A DNA stretch of 64,000 nucleotides from Candidatus Babeliales bacterium (lineage in GTDB: Bacteria > Babelota > Babeliae > Babelales > RVW-14): positions 2,244 through 66,243 of the forward strand of contig JAIEPG010000002.1 of assembly GCA_019749895.1 (NCBI GenBank). Reading direction: 5' to 3'. Within the stretch, counting starts at the first letter, position 1, and each line of letters begins with the position of its first letter. The notes beneath the pieces were generated by a model. The model did not search any database. It was not told where the DNA came from and saw only the letters and a program-made list of their open reading frames with translations. Below, one piece after another: positions 9,059 to 17,641 of this stretch. The translations under genes were made by a program, and so were the position numbers.

Positions 9059-10231
9059 TTAGAGCCAGTATGATCTGACAATTCTGAAAGATTTTTGAGG
9101 CTGAGCAGGAGCTTTTTTGTCGGGCTCTGGCTGCTGCTTGGTATCAGCGTGTTTTTCATCGTTTGAATTTTTCTGCTCTACTTTTTTTTCCTCTTCTTGC
9201 ACAATTGCCAGCAACTGTTGCTCAACATTGCCAACTTTTCCATAACATAACACAGAATATACTTTTGGCCCAAATTGTTTAGAAAAAATATCTTTTACTT
9301 CAGAAAGAAACTTGGGCTTTTCTCCGTAAATGGGCTCCAAATGCTGCCAATTACTATCAACATTTTGTCCCCAACTTTCTGAAAATTCATTCACCACCTT
9401 CTTAAATTTTTCTGCCATTGTTTGAGCATCGTCTGCCATTGGCCTGCGAATTCCCAAAATTGCACACAACGCATCTGAAAGAAAGAGCAGTTCAACTTCT
9501 GCTGCCGGTGTCCATAGCGTAAAAATATCTTGGAGCGCAAGGTCAAGATTTGGTGTATTTTTCTCTCCTTTTGCACGTGCAAGGCGAGGCGGCATATAAA
9601 AAGCATTGAGCTGACCAAAGTCTTCAATCTGACCCAATTCAGAAATATCATCCAACTTGCGACGTCGCTTTTTCAAAAAATCGTCCAAGCGCTGTAAAAT
9701 CTCTCCAGCTGCCAACTTGCCTTTAATCTCCAAACCTTTTAATAATGTTTGATAGACCGGTTTAAACTCTTGCTTTTCAAAATCATACGCTTCGTTAATA
9801 TTTATTTTGCCATGCTCACAGCAAATACAAATCTTAACTTGACCGGCCATGCCATCATGTTCTTCCGTCAAATTGATCGTCTGCCAACGGTTTAAATACG
9901 GCAACACGCGCATCAAAAATTTTTGTTTAGGCGTTTGTGCTTTCTTTTTCTCTTTTGTTTCTTTTTTGTCAGCTTCAGGCTCATCAAAAGCCCGATCGCC
10001 CTGAGCCTGTCGAAGGGCTTGTGCTTCTTCTTTTTCATCGCCAATCGTCAACTTGGCCAACGCAATATTGAGCGCACCAAGTACCAACATTTCAGCACGC
10101 TCGCGGTCTACCATGGTGCGGCTAAAATGAGCACCAACATACACACCCCGCACCAGCTGCTGCGTAAGCACCAGCATGATCGAAATAATAATCAGCGAAA
10201 AAATTAATATGAAACCGGGCTGCTTTTTCAT
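9059..10231 (-). CDS. gspK: type II secretion minor pseudopilin GspK-like
   Basis: Position after gspJ. N-terminal hydrophobic helix PGFILIFSLIIISIMLVL lacks Glu+5, as expected for GspK. ATGA overlap with gspJ. Confidence 0.65.
   Translation of the reverse strand: MKKQPGFILIFSLIIISIMLVLTQQLVRGVYVGAHFSRTMVDRERAEMLVLGALNIALAKLTIGDEKEEAQALRQAQGDRAFDEPEADKKETKEKKKAQTPKQKFLMRVLPYLNRWQTINLTEEHDGMAGQVKICICCEHGKININEAYDFEKQEFKPVYQTLLKGLEIKGKLAAGEILQRLDDFLKKRRRKLDDISELGQIEDFGQLNAFYMPPRLARAKGEKNTPNLDLALQDIFTLWTPAAEVELLFLSDALCAILGIRRPMADDAQTMAEKFKKVVNEFSESWGQNVDSNWQHLEPIYGEKPKFLSEVKDIFSKQFGPKVYSVLCYGKVGNVEQQLLAIVQEEEKKVEQKNSNDEKHADTKQQPEPDKKAPAQPQKSFRIVRSYWL
9990..10018. repeat. short-form copy of the CCCTTCGA..CTCAGGG repeat embedded in-frame in gspK
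   Basis: gcccgatcgccctgagcctgtcgaagggc, translated in gspK as ALRQAQGDRAF. Compare 18697-18735 and 43358-43396. Confidence 0.6.
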
Positions 10232-11223
10232 TGATCTACTCCGTGCACGGTACCACCATCAACATGAACCGGTTCTTTTTGGTCGGCATGCTCCTGCTTA
10301 CCATCTTTTTCATGCTCTGGTTTTTCTTGCGGCGTTGGGTAGGTAAGAACTGGAAACAAAATTTCAAACGTATCTTCACCGCGCATGGTCCGGTTCCAAA
10401 AAGAGATACTAATTTCTACCCAGCGCGGTACCACGCCCTTGGTAAATGGCTCTTCGCCCCACTTGGTAAGGCGCGCCTCTTCCTCTTCTTCTTGTTGCTT
10501 TGATGCCGGGCCTTTTGGCTGTTTTGGCTTTCTAAACGTGACGTACGTCACGCTCATGTGCTTAATATTGTCGGCCACCACATGCGTTTGAATTGGCTGC
10601 TTTTGTTGTTTTTCATAATCAAAGTCACTAATGCGCATCTTAAAATTTTCGATATCGCGCGTCTCTTTGCGCATCAGCAGATATTTGTCATGCCCCTCTT
10701 TACTGTTTTCTTTGTCTTTGACCAGCTCGTACATCACACGTACAAAGCGGACCTTGTGCTCGCCATAAACCTGCAAAGCACCAGTGGTAAGAAACGTTAG
10801 ATTTTTAAATAAATAGCGACGCTTACCCTGAATTTGGATAAATTGATCTTCATCAACCGTACCAAAGAAATACTCTTTTAATTTTTCTAATTTTTTTTCA
10901 TGAGCCTTTTTCTTGTCTTCAGCGCTCATGGTTTTTTCTTTTTCCTGCTCTTCGCGTTTTTTTTGCTTCTGCTTTTCGTGATCCTTATCTTTTTCAGGAA
11001 AAATTTCTTCCTGCGGTTGTGCTACAAACGCAGCCATAATATCGCGCTCAAGCTGGTTAAAAAGCAGACACACCGTGCGGTTAACACCCATCATCACACG
11101 ACTGCGCTCAAGGTAGTCCATCAAACTTTGATAGCCCTTCATGAGACCCAAAATTACAAAACTTGAAAGTGAAAGAGCAATAAGCAGCTCCATGAGCGCA
11201 AATGCGCGACGCTTTGGCATCAT
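10228..11223 (-). CDS. gspJ: type II secretion minor pseudopilin GspJ-like with Lys/Glu-rich insertions
   Basis: Prepilin-type N-terminus RRAFALMELLIALSL. Gene order matches. ATGA overlaps on both sides. Confidence 0.65.
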   Translation of the reverse strand: MMPKRRAFALMELLIALSLSSFVILGLMKGYQSLMDYLERSRVMMGVNRTVCLLFNQLERDIMAAFVAQPQEEIFPEKDKDHEKQKQKKREEQEKEKTMSAEDKKKAHEKKLEKLKEYFFGTVDEDQFIQIQGKRRYLFKNLTFLTTGALQVYGEHKVRFVRVMYELVKDKENSKEGHDKYLLMRKETRDIENFKMRISDFDYEKQQKQPIQTHVVADNIKHMSVTYVTFRKPKQPKGPASKQQEEEEEARLTKWGEEPFTKGVVPRWVEISISFWNRTMRGEDTFEILFPVLTYPTPQEKPEHEKDGKQEHADQKEPVHVDGGTVHGVDQ

Positions 11224-11642
11224 GATTTTGCACCCTTCTTCTTTTGCTTTTCTTTTTCTTCTTCAGTTTTAGGCGTAAAACTTACCATGTCTAGCTGGCC
11301 ACTCATAAATTCACTTTTCCATAAACATTCAGTTTTGAGTAAGTTCAGGTCGTGTGCAAATTTACGCAGTGCCGACTTTTTGCCAAGTTCGCTGACTTCA
11401 GTTGTAAACGTTGCCACCGGCTGCTCAACTTTAATTACTAGCCTTTTACCGGCAGGTAGCGGCTTTACATGTGCGCGATAGATATGCTGCTTGGTAAGAA
11501 AAACTTTTTCGATTTGTTCACGGTCTTTGATAATGCGATAGAGCGATCTGATCTGCAAGCTTGAAAGCGTGTACATGACGGTTGCCAAAATGCCCAGCGC
11601 CAACACCACTTCAATCAACGTAAAACCTTGTGAACGACGCAT
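11220..11642 (-). CDS. gspI: type II secretion minor pseudopilin GspI-like
   Basis: N-terminus QGFTLIEVVLALGIL, size 140 aa, gene order matches. Confidence 0.7.
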   Translation of the reverse strand: MRRSQGFTLIEVVLALGILATVMYTLSSLQIRSLYRIIKDREQIEKVFLTKQHIYRAHVKPLPAGKRLVIKVEQPVATFTTEVSELGKKSALRKFAHDLNLLKTECLWKSEFMSGQLDMVSFTPKTEEEKEKQKKKGAKS

Positions 11643-11643
11643 G

Positions 11644-12198
11644 TTACTTCTCCGGCTTTACGTGGCCGTCTAGCAGCGTAAACGTACCCAAAAACGGATT
11701 CATCTTCAAACTCACTTGCGAAACTTTTTTATCTTCCTGACGCGAAAGGTGCAGCAAAACATCTTGTACCAAACCGTCTGAAATAATATAACAAAAGGCT
11801 TCTCGACTTTGAGCAAAAAGCTCGCGCTTGCCTATAAAAACAGCATTCACTGCAATTTCTTGCGCCAAGTCATAACGCGTTTCAAAAAAGTCTGATGCAA
11901 CTTGATGATAAATTTTTTTCTGAGGGTTTTCTGGATCGGTACGCTCATCTTCAACCACCACAAACGTTGGCGTCTCTTTGCCTGCTTTTATGCGCAGGCG
12001 GTGCACGCGCTGCGTACAAATGGCTTCTTGACGAGCAAAAGAGACGAGATTATTCATCTCGTCCACAATATTTGGCCACTCAGTTGAGGGGCTGCGCCGC
12101 ATCAGACGCGGGATTGTCATGGTTGCTATTATGCCTATCAGCACAATAACAACCAACATTTCAATCAGCGTAAATGCGTAAGGTTTTTTCATGATCAA
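11644..12198 (-). CDS. gspH: type II secretion minor pseudopilin GspH-like
   Basis: N-terminus YAFTLIEMLVVIVLIGII, size 184 aa, gene order matches. Confidence 0.7.
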   Translation of the reverse strand: MIMKKPYAFTLIEMLVVIVLIGIIATMTIPRLMRRSPSTEWPNIVDEMNNLVSFARQEAICTQRVHRLRIKAGKETPTFVVVEDERTDPENPQKKIYHQVASDFFETRYDLAQEIAVNAVFIGKRELFAQSREAFCYIISDGLVQDVLLHLSRQEDKKVSQVSLKMNPFLGTFTLLDGHVKPEK

Positions 12199-12636
12199 TT
12201 AAGATCCTGATGCAATCCATTTATTTTGAGGAGTATCTTGACCTTCATCACTGCCGTACGAAAAGACTTCATACGTTTTATATTTGCTCGTAAAAACTTG
12301 TGGCGGTCTGTTATAAACATAATCGTTGCTCCACGGGTCTTTAGGTACTTCAGTTTGACCTTCAAGATATGGGCCATTCCACTTTGGATTATTGTTTATA
12401 TTTTGAACCAACGCTTGCAGGCCTTCGCGCTGACTTGGCAAAGCGCCCATGTCCATACGATAGTCAGCTAATGCTGCTTTAAATGAAGTAACCATTGATT
12501 TTGCAGCACTCGTTTGGCCACCAGTCATTAACTTCATAACGTTTGGACCAACCAATGTTGCCAACAAACCAATAATGAACACCACAACCAAAATTTCGAT
12601 CATCGAAAATGCACTACTTTTTTTTGCAAAATTCAT
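12199..12636 (-). CDS. gspG: type II secretion major pseudopilin GspG
   Basis: SAFSMIEILVVVFIIGLLA...ADYRMDMGALPSQREGLQALV...WNGPYL...PKDPW...SYGSDEG is a textbook GspG pattern. Start chosen at MNFAKK (12636) with a GAGG RBS. Confidence 0.9.
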   Translation of the reverse strand: MNFAKKSSAFSMIEILVVVFIIGLLATLVGPNVMKLMTGGQTSAAKSMVTSFKAALADYRMDMGALPSQREGLQALVQNINNNPKWNGPYLEGQTEVPKDPWSNDYVYNRPPQVFTSKYKTYEVFSYGSDEGQDTPQNKWIASGS

Positions 12637-12669
12637 ACATACCTCGTTATTAAAATAATCATACATTTG

Positions 12670-13893
12670 CTACAAATTAGTAATATCACCCATCTTGAGC
12701 ACTGGCAAGAAGATGGACATGATAATAAACCCAACAATAAGCCCCATCACCACGGTCATGATAGGACCAATCTTTGCCGTCAGGCCGTCAGTCAACTCTT
12801 TCAGCTCAACGTCGTAGTCGTGCCCAACGGTCAGCAGCATAGCACCAAGCTTGCCCGACTCTTCCCCCGTGCTAATCATATAGCTTGCAATACTGGGAAA
12901 AATGCCCGTCTGCTTAAGATACTTTGCTATCTTACCTTCTTTTATAATTTTATCACGCGCATCGCGCAATTTCTGTACCAGTACTCGATTTTCGACAATA
13001 TTACACACAATGTCAAGCGCCTCGGCCAGGTTAACGCCGCTGTTAATCAGCATGCCCAGCGTTTTGCTAAATTGCACAATAGCTTTGGTACGCGAAAAAT
13101 AAGCAGTCACGGGAAACTTTAATAAGATCTCATCAAACTTGTAGGCACCACTTTTGGTAGATTTCCAATACGTAAAGAGCACCACAATCAACAGCAAGCC
13201 ACCTGCAATTTCAAGAAAGTGGTGCACCAAAAGATTCGACAGTGCCACCAAAATTTTGGTTGGAACAGGCAAGTCAGTCTTCATGCGCTTAAACATATCT
13301 TGCAACCGCGGTACCAACACCGTCAATAGCCCCACTACCACTAAGCCAGCAAATGACAACATCATAATTGGTTGCGACATTGCTTTCTTTACTTTTTTGC
13401 GCGTCTCTTCAGCACGTTCTAAATAATCGGTCAAGCTTTCTAAAATTGAATCTAAGTTACCGCTCGCTTCACCAGCGCGCACCAGCTGCACATAAACATT
13501 GGAAAAAACTTTGGGATATTTAGAAAGCTCTTTTGCAAACGGCTCACCAGATTTAACACCGTCGCGCACGCGAATAAGCAAGCGGTTAAAGCGCCCTTCA
13601 AATTGTTCAATCAACAACTCAAGTGCTTGCAACAGCGGGATACCCGCACGCAACAACACCGCCAGCTGCTTGGTAAACAACACAACAACTTTTACTTCAA
13701 TAGGCCTTTCAAAAAGCATTTTGAGCGAAAAGCCACCGGCAGCAGCTGAGCCAGCCGTTATCTCTTTAATATTGACCGGCATGAGCCCCTGGCCTTGCAA
13801 AATTTCTTTGGCTGCGTGCAGAGACACTGCGTCGATGGTACCCGTCACACGGCCGCCCCGCCGATTAAAAGAATCATACTTATAAAGAGGCAT
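12670..13893 (-). CDS. gspF: type II secretion inner-membrane platform protein GspF
   Basis: 407 aa with two T2SSF-type repeats and three TM segments. First gene of the operon, with a divergent gene upstream. Confidence 0.9.
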   Translation of the reverse strand: MPLYKYDSFNRRGGRVTGTIDAVSLHAAKEILQGQGLMPVNIKEITAGSAAAGGFSLKMLFERPIEVKVVVLFTKQLAVLLRAGIPLLQALELLIEQFEGRFNRLLIRVRDGVKSGEPFAKELSKYPKVFSNVYVQLVRAGEASGNLDSILESLTDYLERAEETRKKVKKAMSQPIMMLSFAGLVVVGLLTVLVPRLQDMFKRMKTDLPVPTKILVALSNLLVHHFLEIAGGLLLIVVLFTYWKSTKSGAYKFDEILLKFPVTAYFSRTKAIVQFSKTLGMLINSGVNLAEALDIVCNIVENRVLVQKLRDARDKIIKEGKIAKYLKQTGIFPSIASYMISTGEESGKLGAMLLTVGHDYDVELKELTDGLTAKIGPIMTVVMGLIVGFIIMSIFLPVLKMGDITNL

Positions 13894-14040
13894 TGCTCAC
13901 GTGCTCCTCAACTCGTTTGAAATTCATATGGTAATTTCTTGCAAAGGTAGATAGTTCTCTGGTATGTTTTCGTAATTAATACACTATTTTAGCGTATTGT
14001 TACCAACCGCCAACCCCACTTTAGCAGAAAGGATTCCTGA

Positions 14041-15180
14041 ATGAAAAGAAAAAAACTCTTTTTTCTTTCTCTTCTTTTCACAGCTCTTTTCTTACCGCTG
14101 CACTCACCGCTGCTGACTGCTCGCAAGACTTCTGTAAAAAAAGTAAAGTCACTACCCAAACAGCTCGACTTTGACGATGTTTTAGGAAAAGATATAACAC
14201 CCTTGCAGTTTAGCACCAACAGTATTCGCAACTACTTTCGCAGCCTCAATTGCTCGCAACTGGCGTTGCGCAGCAGAACCAAAAAAGCAAAAGAGCATGA
14301 CTTTAATTTATCGATGAATAAATTTATTAAAGAGATGTACAATGCCAGAAGTTATGCTCAAACACTCTCACAAGACGGAACTAACATTGTTGAATTTTTA
14401 ACACTTGCGCACGAGCTCAACCTGGGGGCACATGAAGTTTATGTTGGCATGCGCTTGTTTAACCAAAAATTAAAAGCGTGGGACTGCGAACTGGTAGACA
14501 ATACCGTTGTCTTACAAATTTTGCCTGCCTTTGCCGAAGCGCTGCCACACTATTTAAATAAAAAAGCAGTAAAAAATAGTAAAAAAAATGACCTGCGCTT
14601 TATCCGCCGCCACACCGAAAACTTGCTCATCTCACGCTTTACCGAAAAGTTTAGGTCGTTCAAAAAAGACCCCGACGTCTTTTTGTCTGATCTTTCGTAC
14701 GATATTGCGGCAAGCATTAAAAAACAACTGCGCATTCACGAGCAAAAATCAGCCCAAGAAGAAGAAGAACAAGAAGTACGCACGCGCCTGCGCCAACAAA
14801 CGGTTCGCTTTTTAGAAACCATGCTTACCAAACAAATTTGGAACTTTAGATCGCCAGAAGGTGTATGGGATTCTTTCTTAACCGTTGCCAATGATTTGCA
14901 ACTGCTTGGCACCAACGGCGTTATTGACCACATGGACGATCTTGATGGCCTGCTATGGGACCACACCAACCGCTTTTGCTACTACCTTGACCTGACCGGT
15001 GGCGCTCAGCCAATGGATTTTTTTGACGAAATTGAACAAGATCTTGCTAATGGTGTTATTTACTTTTTAGAAGCTGATGAACAAGATGACGGTATAAAAA
15101 CTAAAAAAGAAACATTGCTTGATGCACTGGCTCAAGCAAAAATGAAAGCTGTCGCTTTTGAACGCGGCATTATTTGTTAA
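14041..15180 (+). CDS. secreted hypothetical protein
   Basis: Signal-like N-terminus MKRKKLFFLSLLFTALFLPLHSPLLTA. No recognisable domain. Confidence 0.65.
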   Translation: MKRKKLFFLSLLFTALFLPLHSPLLTARKTSVKKVKSLPKQLDFDDVLGKDITPLQFSTNSIRNYFRSLNCSQLALRSRTKKAKEHDFNLSMNKFIKEMYNARSYAQTLSQDGTNIVEFLTLAHELNLGAHEVYVGMRLFNQKLKAWDCELVDNTVVLQILPAFAEALPHYLNKKAVKNSKKNDLRFIRRHTENLLISRFTEKFRSFKKDPDVFLSDLSYDIAASIKKQLRIHEQKSAQEEEEQEVRTRLRQQTVRFLETMLTKQIWNFRSPEGVWDSFLTVANDLQLLGTNGVIDHMDDLDGLLWDHTNRFCYYLDLTGGAQPMDFFDEIEQDLANGVIYFLEADEQDDGIKTKKETLLDALAQAKMKAVAFERGIIC

Positions 15181-15209
15181 CTTTCTAACGTTTTTAAGGA
15201 GTTTTTTTA

Positions 15210-15656
15210 ATGAAGAATTTTTCAAAAAATTTACAATACGCAGCCCTTTCTTTGCTTGTTGCAGTTACCATTGGCAGCCAAGCACACACAGCAACAGCTA
15301 GCAAAGCAGACACCACCAAAGCAAAAGATGCGTTTAATGCCGTCATTACACAAGTAGCATCGTCTCTCAATACTATCGGTTACAATGGTACTTCAATCGC
15401 TTCAGTACTTGCCAACCTGACTGATTTTATTGCTCGAGGACCAAAAGGTATACAAAAAACCAATACGGCAGCTGTTACACAGGCACAACAACTCGCAAGA
15501 AGCTTGAGAGAAGAACTTTTTTTTCATGATCGCACACTTGCTCATACAACCAATAAAAATATGCAAAAGATTATTGCAGGCACTGCATCAAACGGCTCAC
15601 TGAGCATTATTGCCAGCGAATTTGACCAAGCAGTTAGTAGCATAAAATCTGCATAA
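15210..15656 (+). CDS. small secreted Ala/Thr/Asn-rich helical protein, paralog 1 of 3
   Basis: Signal peptide MKNFSKNLQYAALSLLVAVTIGSQAHT. Aligns with the next two ORFs. AAGGAG RBS. Confidence 0.7.
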   Translation: MKNFSKNLQYAALSLLVAVTIGSQAHTATASKADTTKAKDAFNAVITQVASSLNTIGYNGTSIASVLANLTDFIARGPKGIQKTNTAAVTQAQQLARSLREELFFHDRTLAHTTNKNMQKIIAGTASNGSLSIIASEFDQAVSSIKSA

Positions 15657-15674
15657 AATTTTTATCGTTTTTAA

Positions 15675-15718
15675 AAAAGAGGCTGCTTTTAGACCGTTTC
15701 TAAAAGCAGCCTCTTTTT
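15675..15718 (+). terminator. rho-independent terminator
   Basis: aaaagaggctgctttt / aaaagcagcctctttt 16-bp stem followed by a T-run. Confidence 0.75.
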
Positions 15719-15889
15719 GCTTTATTCAGCCCATTTCTTCGACAAAACCCTCATTTTTTTGAGGCAAAAGCACGTTTAAATGTTTTCTATTTGAATTTAT
15801 TGACTTTGCAAAGCCAAGCTCCCTATAATAAGTAATAAGAAGTAAAAATTACTTATTTGCGACAAAAAGTCCAAAACAGGAGACTTAAA

Positions 15890-16351
15890 ATGAATCTTTC
15901 AAAAAACTTACTCTTTGCAGCCGTTGCCCTGCTTATTACAGCAACAGTTGGAAGCCAGGTACATGCTGCAGCGACAAGCACCAACATTACTACTGCAAAA
16001 AATGCTTTTAATAGCATAATCTTACGAACAAATAGCAGCTTAAAAAACGTTGGTTATACCGGCACCACTACCGCGCAAGCTTTGGGTAATTTAACCGCTT
16101 TCATTCAGAATGGCCTCAATATAGACATACCAAACGCAAACCAAACAAAAATTGCTCAAGCTCAAACAGCAGCAAAAAATCTTAAGACACAAATTACACT
16201 TGATAAAAGTTATCTTGACAGTAACACCGCGATTAACATTCAAAAGGTAATAAACGATGCCGCAGCAACCGGTGCCTTGGGTAAACTTTCAATAGGTTTT
16301 GCCAATGCAGTGAGGGCTATAACTATGGTTCAAGTAGCGATACAACAATAA
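15890..16351 (+). CDS. small secreted helical protein, paralog 2 of 3
   Basis: MNLSKNLLFAAVALLITATVGSQVHA. Shares ...TTAKNAFNSI...GYTGT...LGNLTAFI... with paralog 1. AGGAGA RBS. The track's 15857 start is rejected. Confidence 0.7.
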   Translation: MNLSKNLLFAAVALLITATVGSQVHAAATSTNITTAKNAFNSIILRTNSSLKNVGYTGTTTAQALGNLTAFIQNGLNIDIPNANQTKIAQAQTAAKNLKTQITLDKSYLDSNTAINIQKVINDAAATGALGKLSIGFANAVRAITMVQVAIQQ

Positions 16352-16366
16352 CCCTGGAGATTTATA

Positions 16367-16858
16367 ATGATTTTTTCAAAACACTTACACCGTACCACCC
16401 TTTTCATACTCATTACAGCAGCTATTAGTAGTCAATTAGGCGCTCTAGACGTTATCCCTCGAGCTTCAATTACAACAGCCTCGGCACAAAATGCAGTCAA
16501 CAAAATTGTTGACGAAGTCGGAGTGGCTCTTGATAAATGCCGTAGTGGGTATCCAATGGTCAAAACAGCAACACAACGTGATGCAACCATGTTCTTTCTT
16601 GGGTACTTTATTAACAATGGCCCAGGCTTGCCAAAAGGCACACAACAACCAGAAAGTAAAAAAATTACTAGAGCAAAAAATATAGCAGGCCAGATCAAAA
16701 CATTAATTGAGTCCTATAATACAAGCCTGCAAAGCTCATCAGTCACAGCGAATCAAACACGTACAATAGAACAATCTGCAACCAACGGCCAGCTACGCAG
16801 CCTTACCAACAAGTTTAACAACTTAATCGCGGAGATGGCTCCATCACAAGGTTGGTAA
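16367..16858 (+). CDS. small secreted helical protein, paralog 3 of 3 (most divergent)
   Basis: Signal peptide and same length class. Conserved ...TNGQLRSLTNKFNNLI... region aligns with ...SNGSLSIIASEFDQAV.... Confidence 0.65.
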   Translation: MIFSKHLHRTTLFILITAAISSQLGALDVIPRASITTASAQNAVNKIVDEVGVALDKCRSGYPMVKTATQRDATMFFLGYFINNGPGLPKGTQQPESKKITRAKNIAGQIKTLIESYNTSLQSSSVTANQTRTIEQSATNGQLRSLTNKFNNLIAEMAPSQGW

Positions 16859-16867
16859 AAAAGTTAG

Positions 16868-16917
16868 TACTAATAAAAAAGGCACCGTAAAATTGCGGTG
16901 CCTTTTTTTATTAGTAG
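16868..16917. terminator. bidirectional terminator within a ~20-bp-arm palindrome
   Basis: tactaataaaaaaggcaccg ... cggtgcctttttttattagta, between convergent genes. Confidence 0.8.
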
Positions 16918-16922
16918 TTTTT

Positions 16923-17639
16923 TTATTCTTGAAAGCGCTGCTGCACAACCGACCGCACACCCTGCGCATCAACGACTAATTCAAAATAACTCTGCTGCGC
17001 GTAGCGCATAACCAGCTCTCGGTCATGACAAATAATTAAGACTGTCAAGCCTGAGCTTGCAACAAGATCGTGTAAAAACAACATCACCATCTCTGCATTC
17101 TGTTCATCAAGCGCAGCCGTTGGTTCGTCGAGCAATAAAATGTTAGTCGATTTTTGCAACGCCATCAATATTGCCAAAATTTGCCGCTGCCCACCAGAGA
17201 GTAAATGTACCGGTTTTTTTATATCAATACCAAAACGCTGCACAAATGCTGGCACTGGTTTGTGAGCCGGTAGGCCCGCCAAACCGGGCTGTTCTGGCAA
17301 GTTGGCCAAGCGTAGGTTTTGTTCAAATGAAAGTTGATCAGCCAACATGACATCAAATTTTTGCTGAACCATGTTGATAGTGTTTAATGCGTTGTACTGC
17401 TCTTTGCTCGTCTCCAGCGTTTGCACGTTGCCATCAACAACTATCTGCCCCTGCACCACTTCCTGCTTTTCAAGCTTACCACGCAACAATCTAAACAGCG
17501 TAGATTTACCCGCGCCGTTAAAACCTCTGATAAAATGAATACGCCCTTTTTCAAAACTGACCGTTAAATCTTTAAAAAAGTATGGCGCTTGTGGCGCAAA
17601 TTTAAAGTTGAGATGTTGAATTTCAAGTGCATGCGTCAT
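16923..17639 (-). CDS. ABC transporter ATP-binding protein (COG1101-like)
   Basis: Walker A GFNGAGKST, signature LSGGQRQ, Walker B LLLDEPT. Confidence 0.9.
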   Translation of the reverse strand: MTHALEIQHLNFKFAPQAPYFFKDLTVSFEKGRIHFIRGFNGAGKSTLFRLLRGKLEKQEVVQGQIVVDGNVQTLETSKEQYNALNTINMVQQKFDVMLADQLSFEQNLRLANLPEQPGLAGLPAHKPVPAFVQRFGIDIKKPVHLLSGGQRQILAILMALQKSTNILLLDEPTAALDEQNAEMVMLFLHDLVASSGLTVLIICHDRELVMRYAQQSYFELVVDAQGVRSVVQQRFQE

Positions 17640-17641
17640 AA

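Noticed and set aside
7674-13885. Numerous 60-150-aa ORFs antisense to or out of frame within the MCE, gspK-J-H-G-F genes (e.g. 7674-8015, 8095-8388, 9923-10207, 12667-13122, 13499-13885)
   Set aside because: They are fully nested in long ORFs with strong family signatures. They have low-complexity or repeat-derived peptides and are treated as shadow ORFs.
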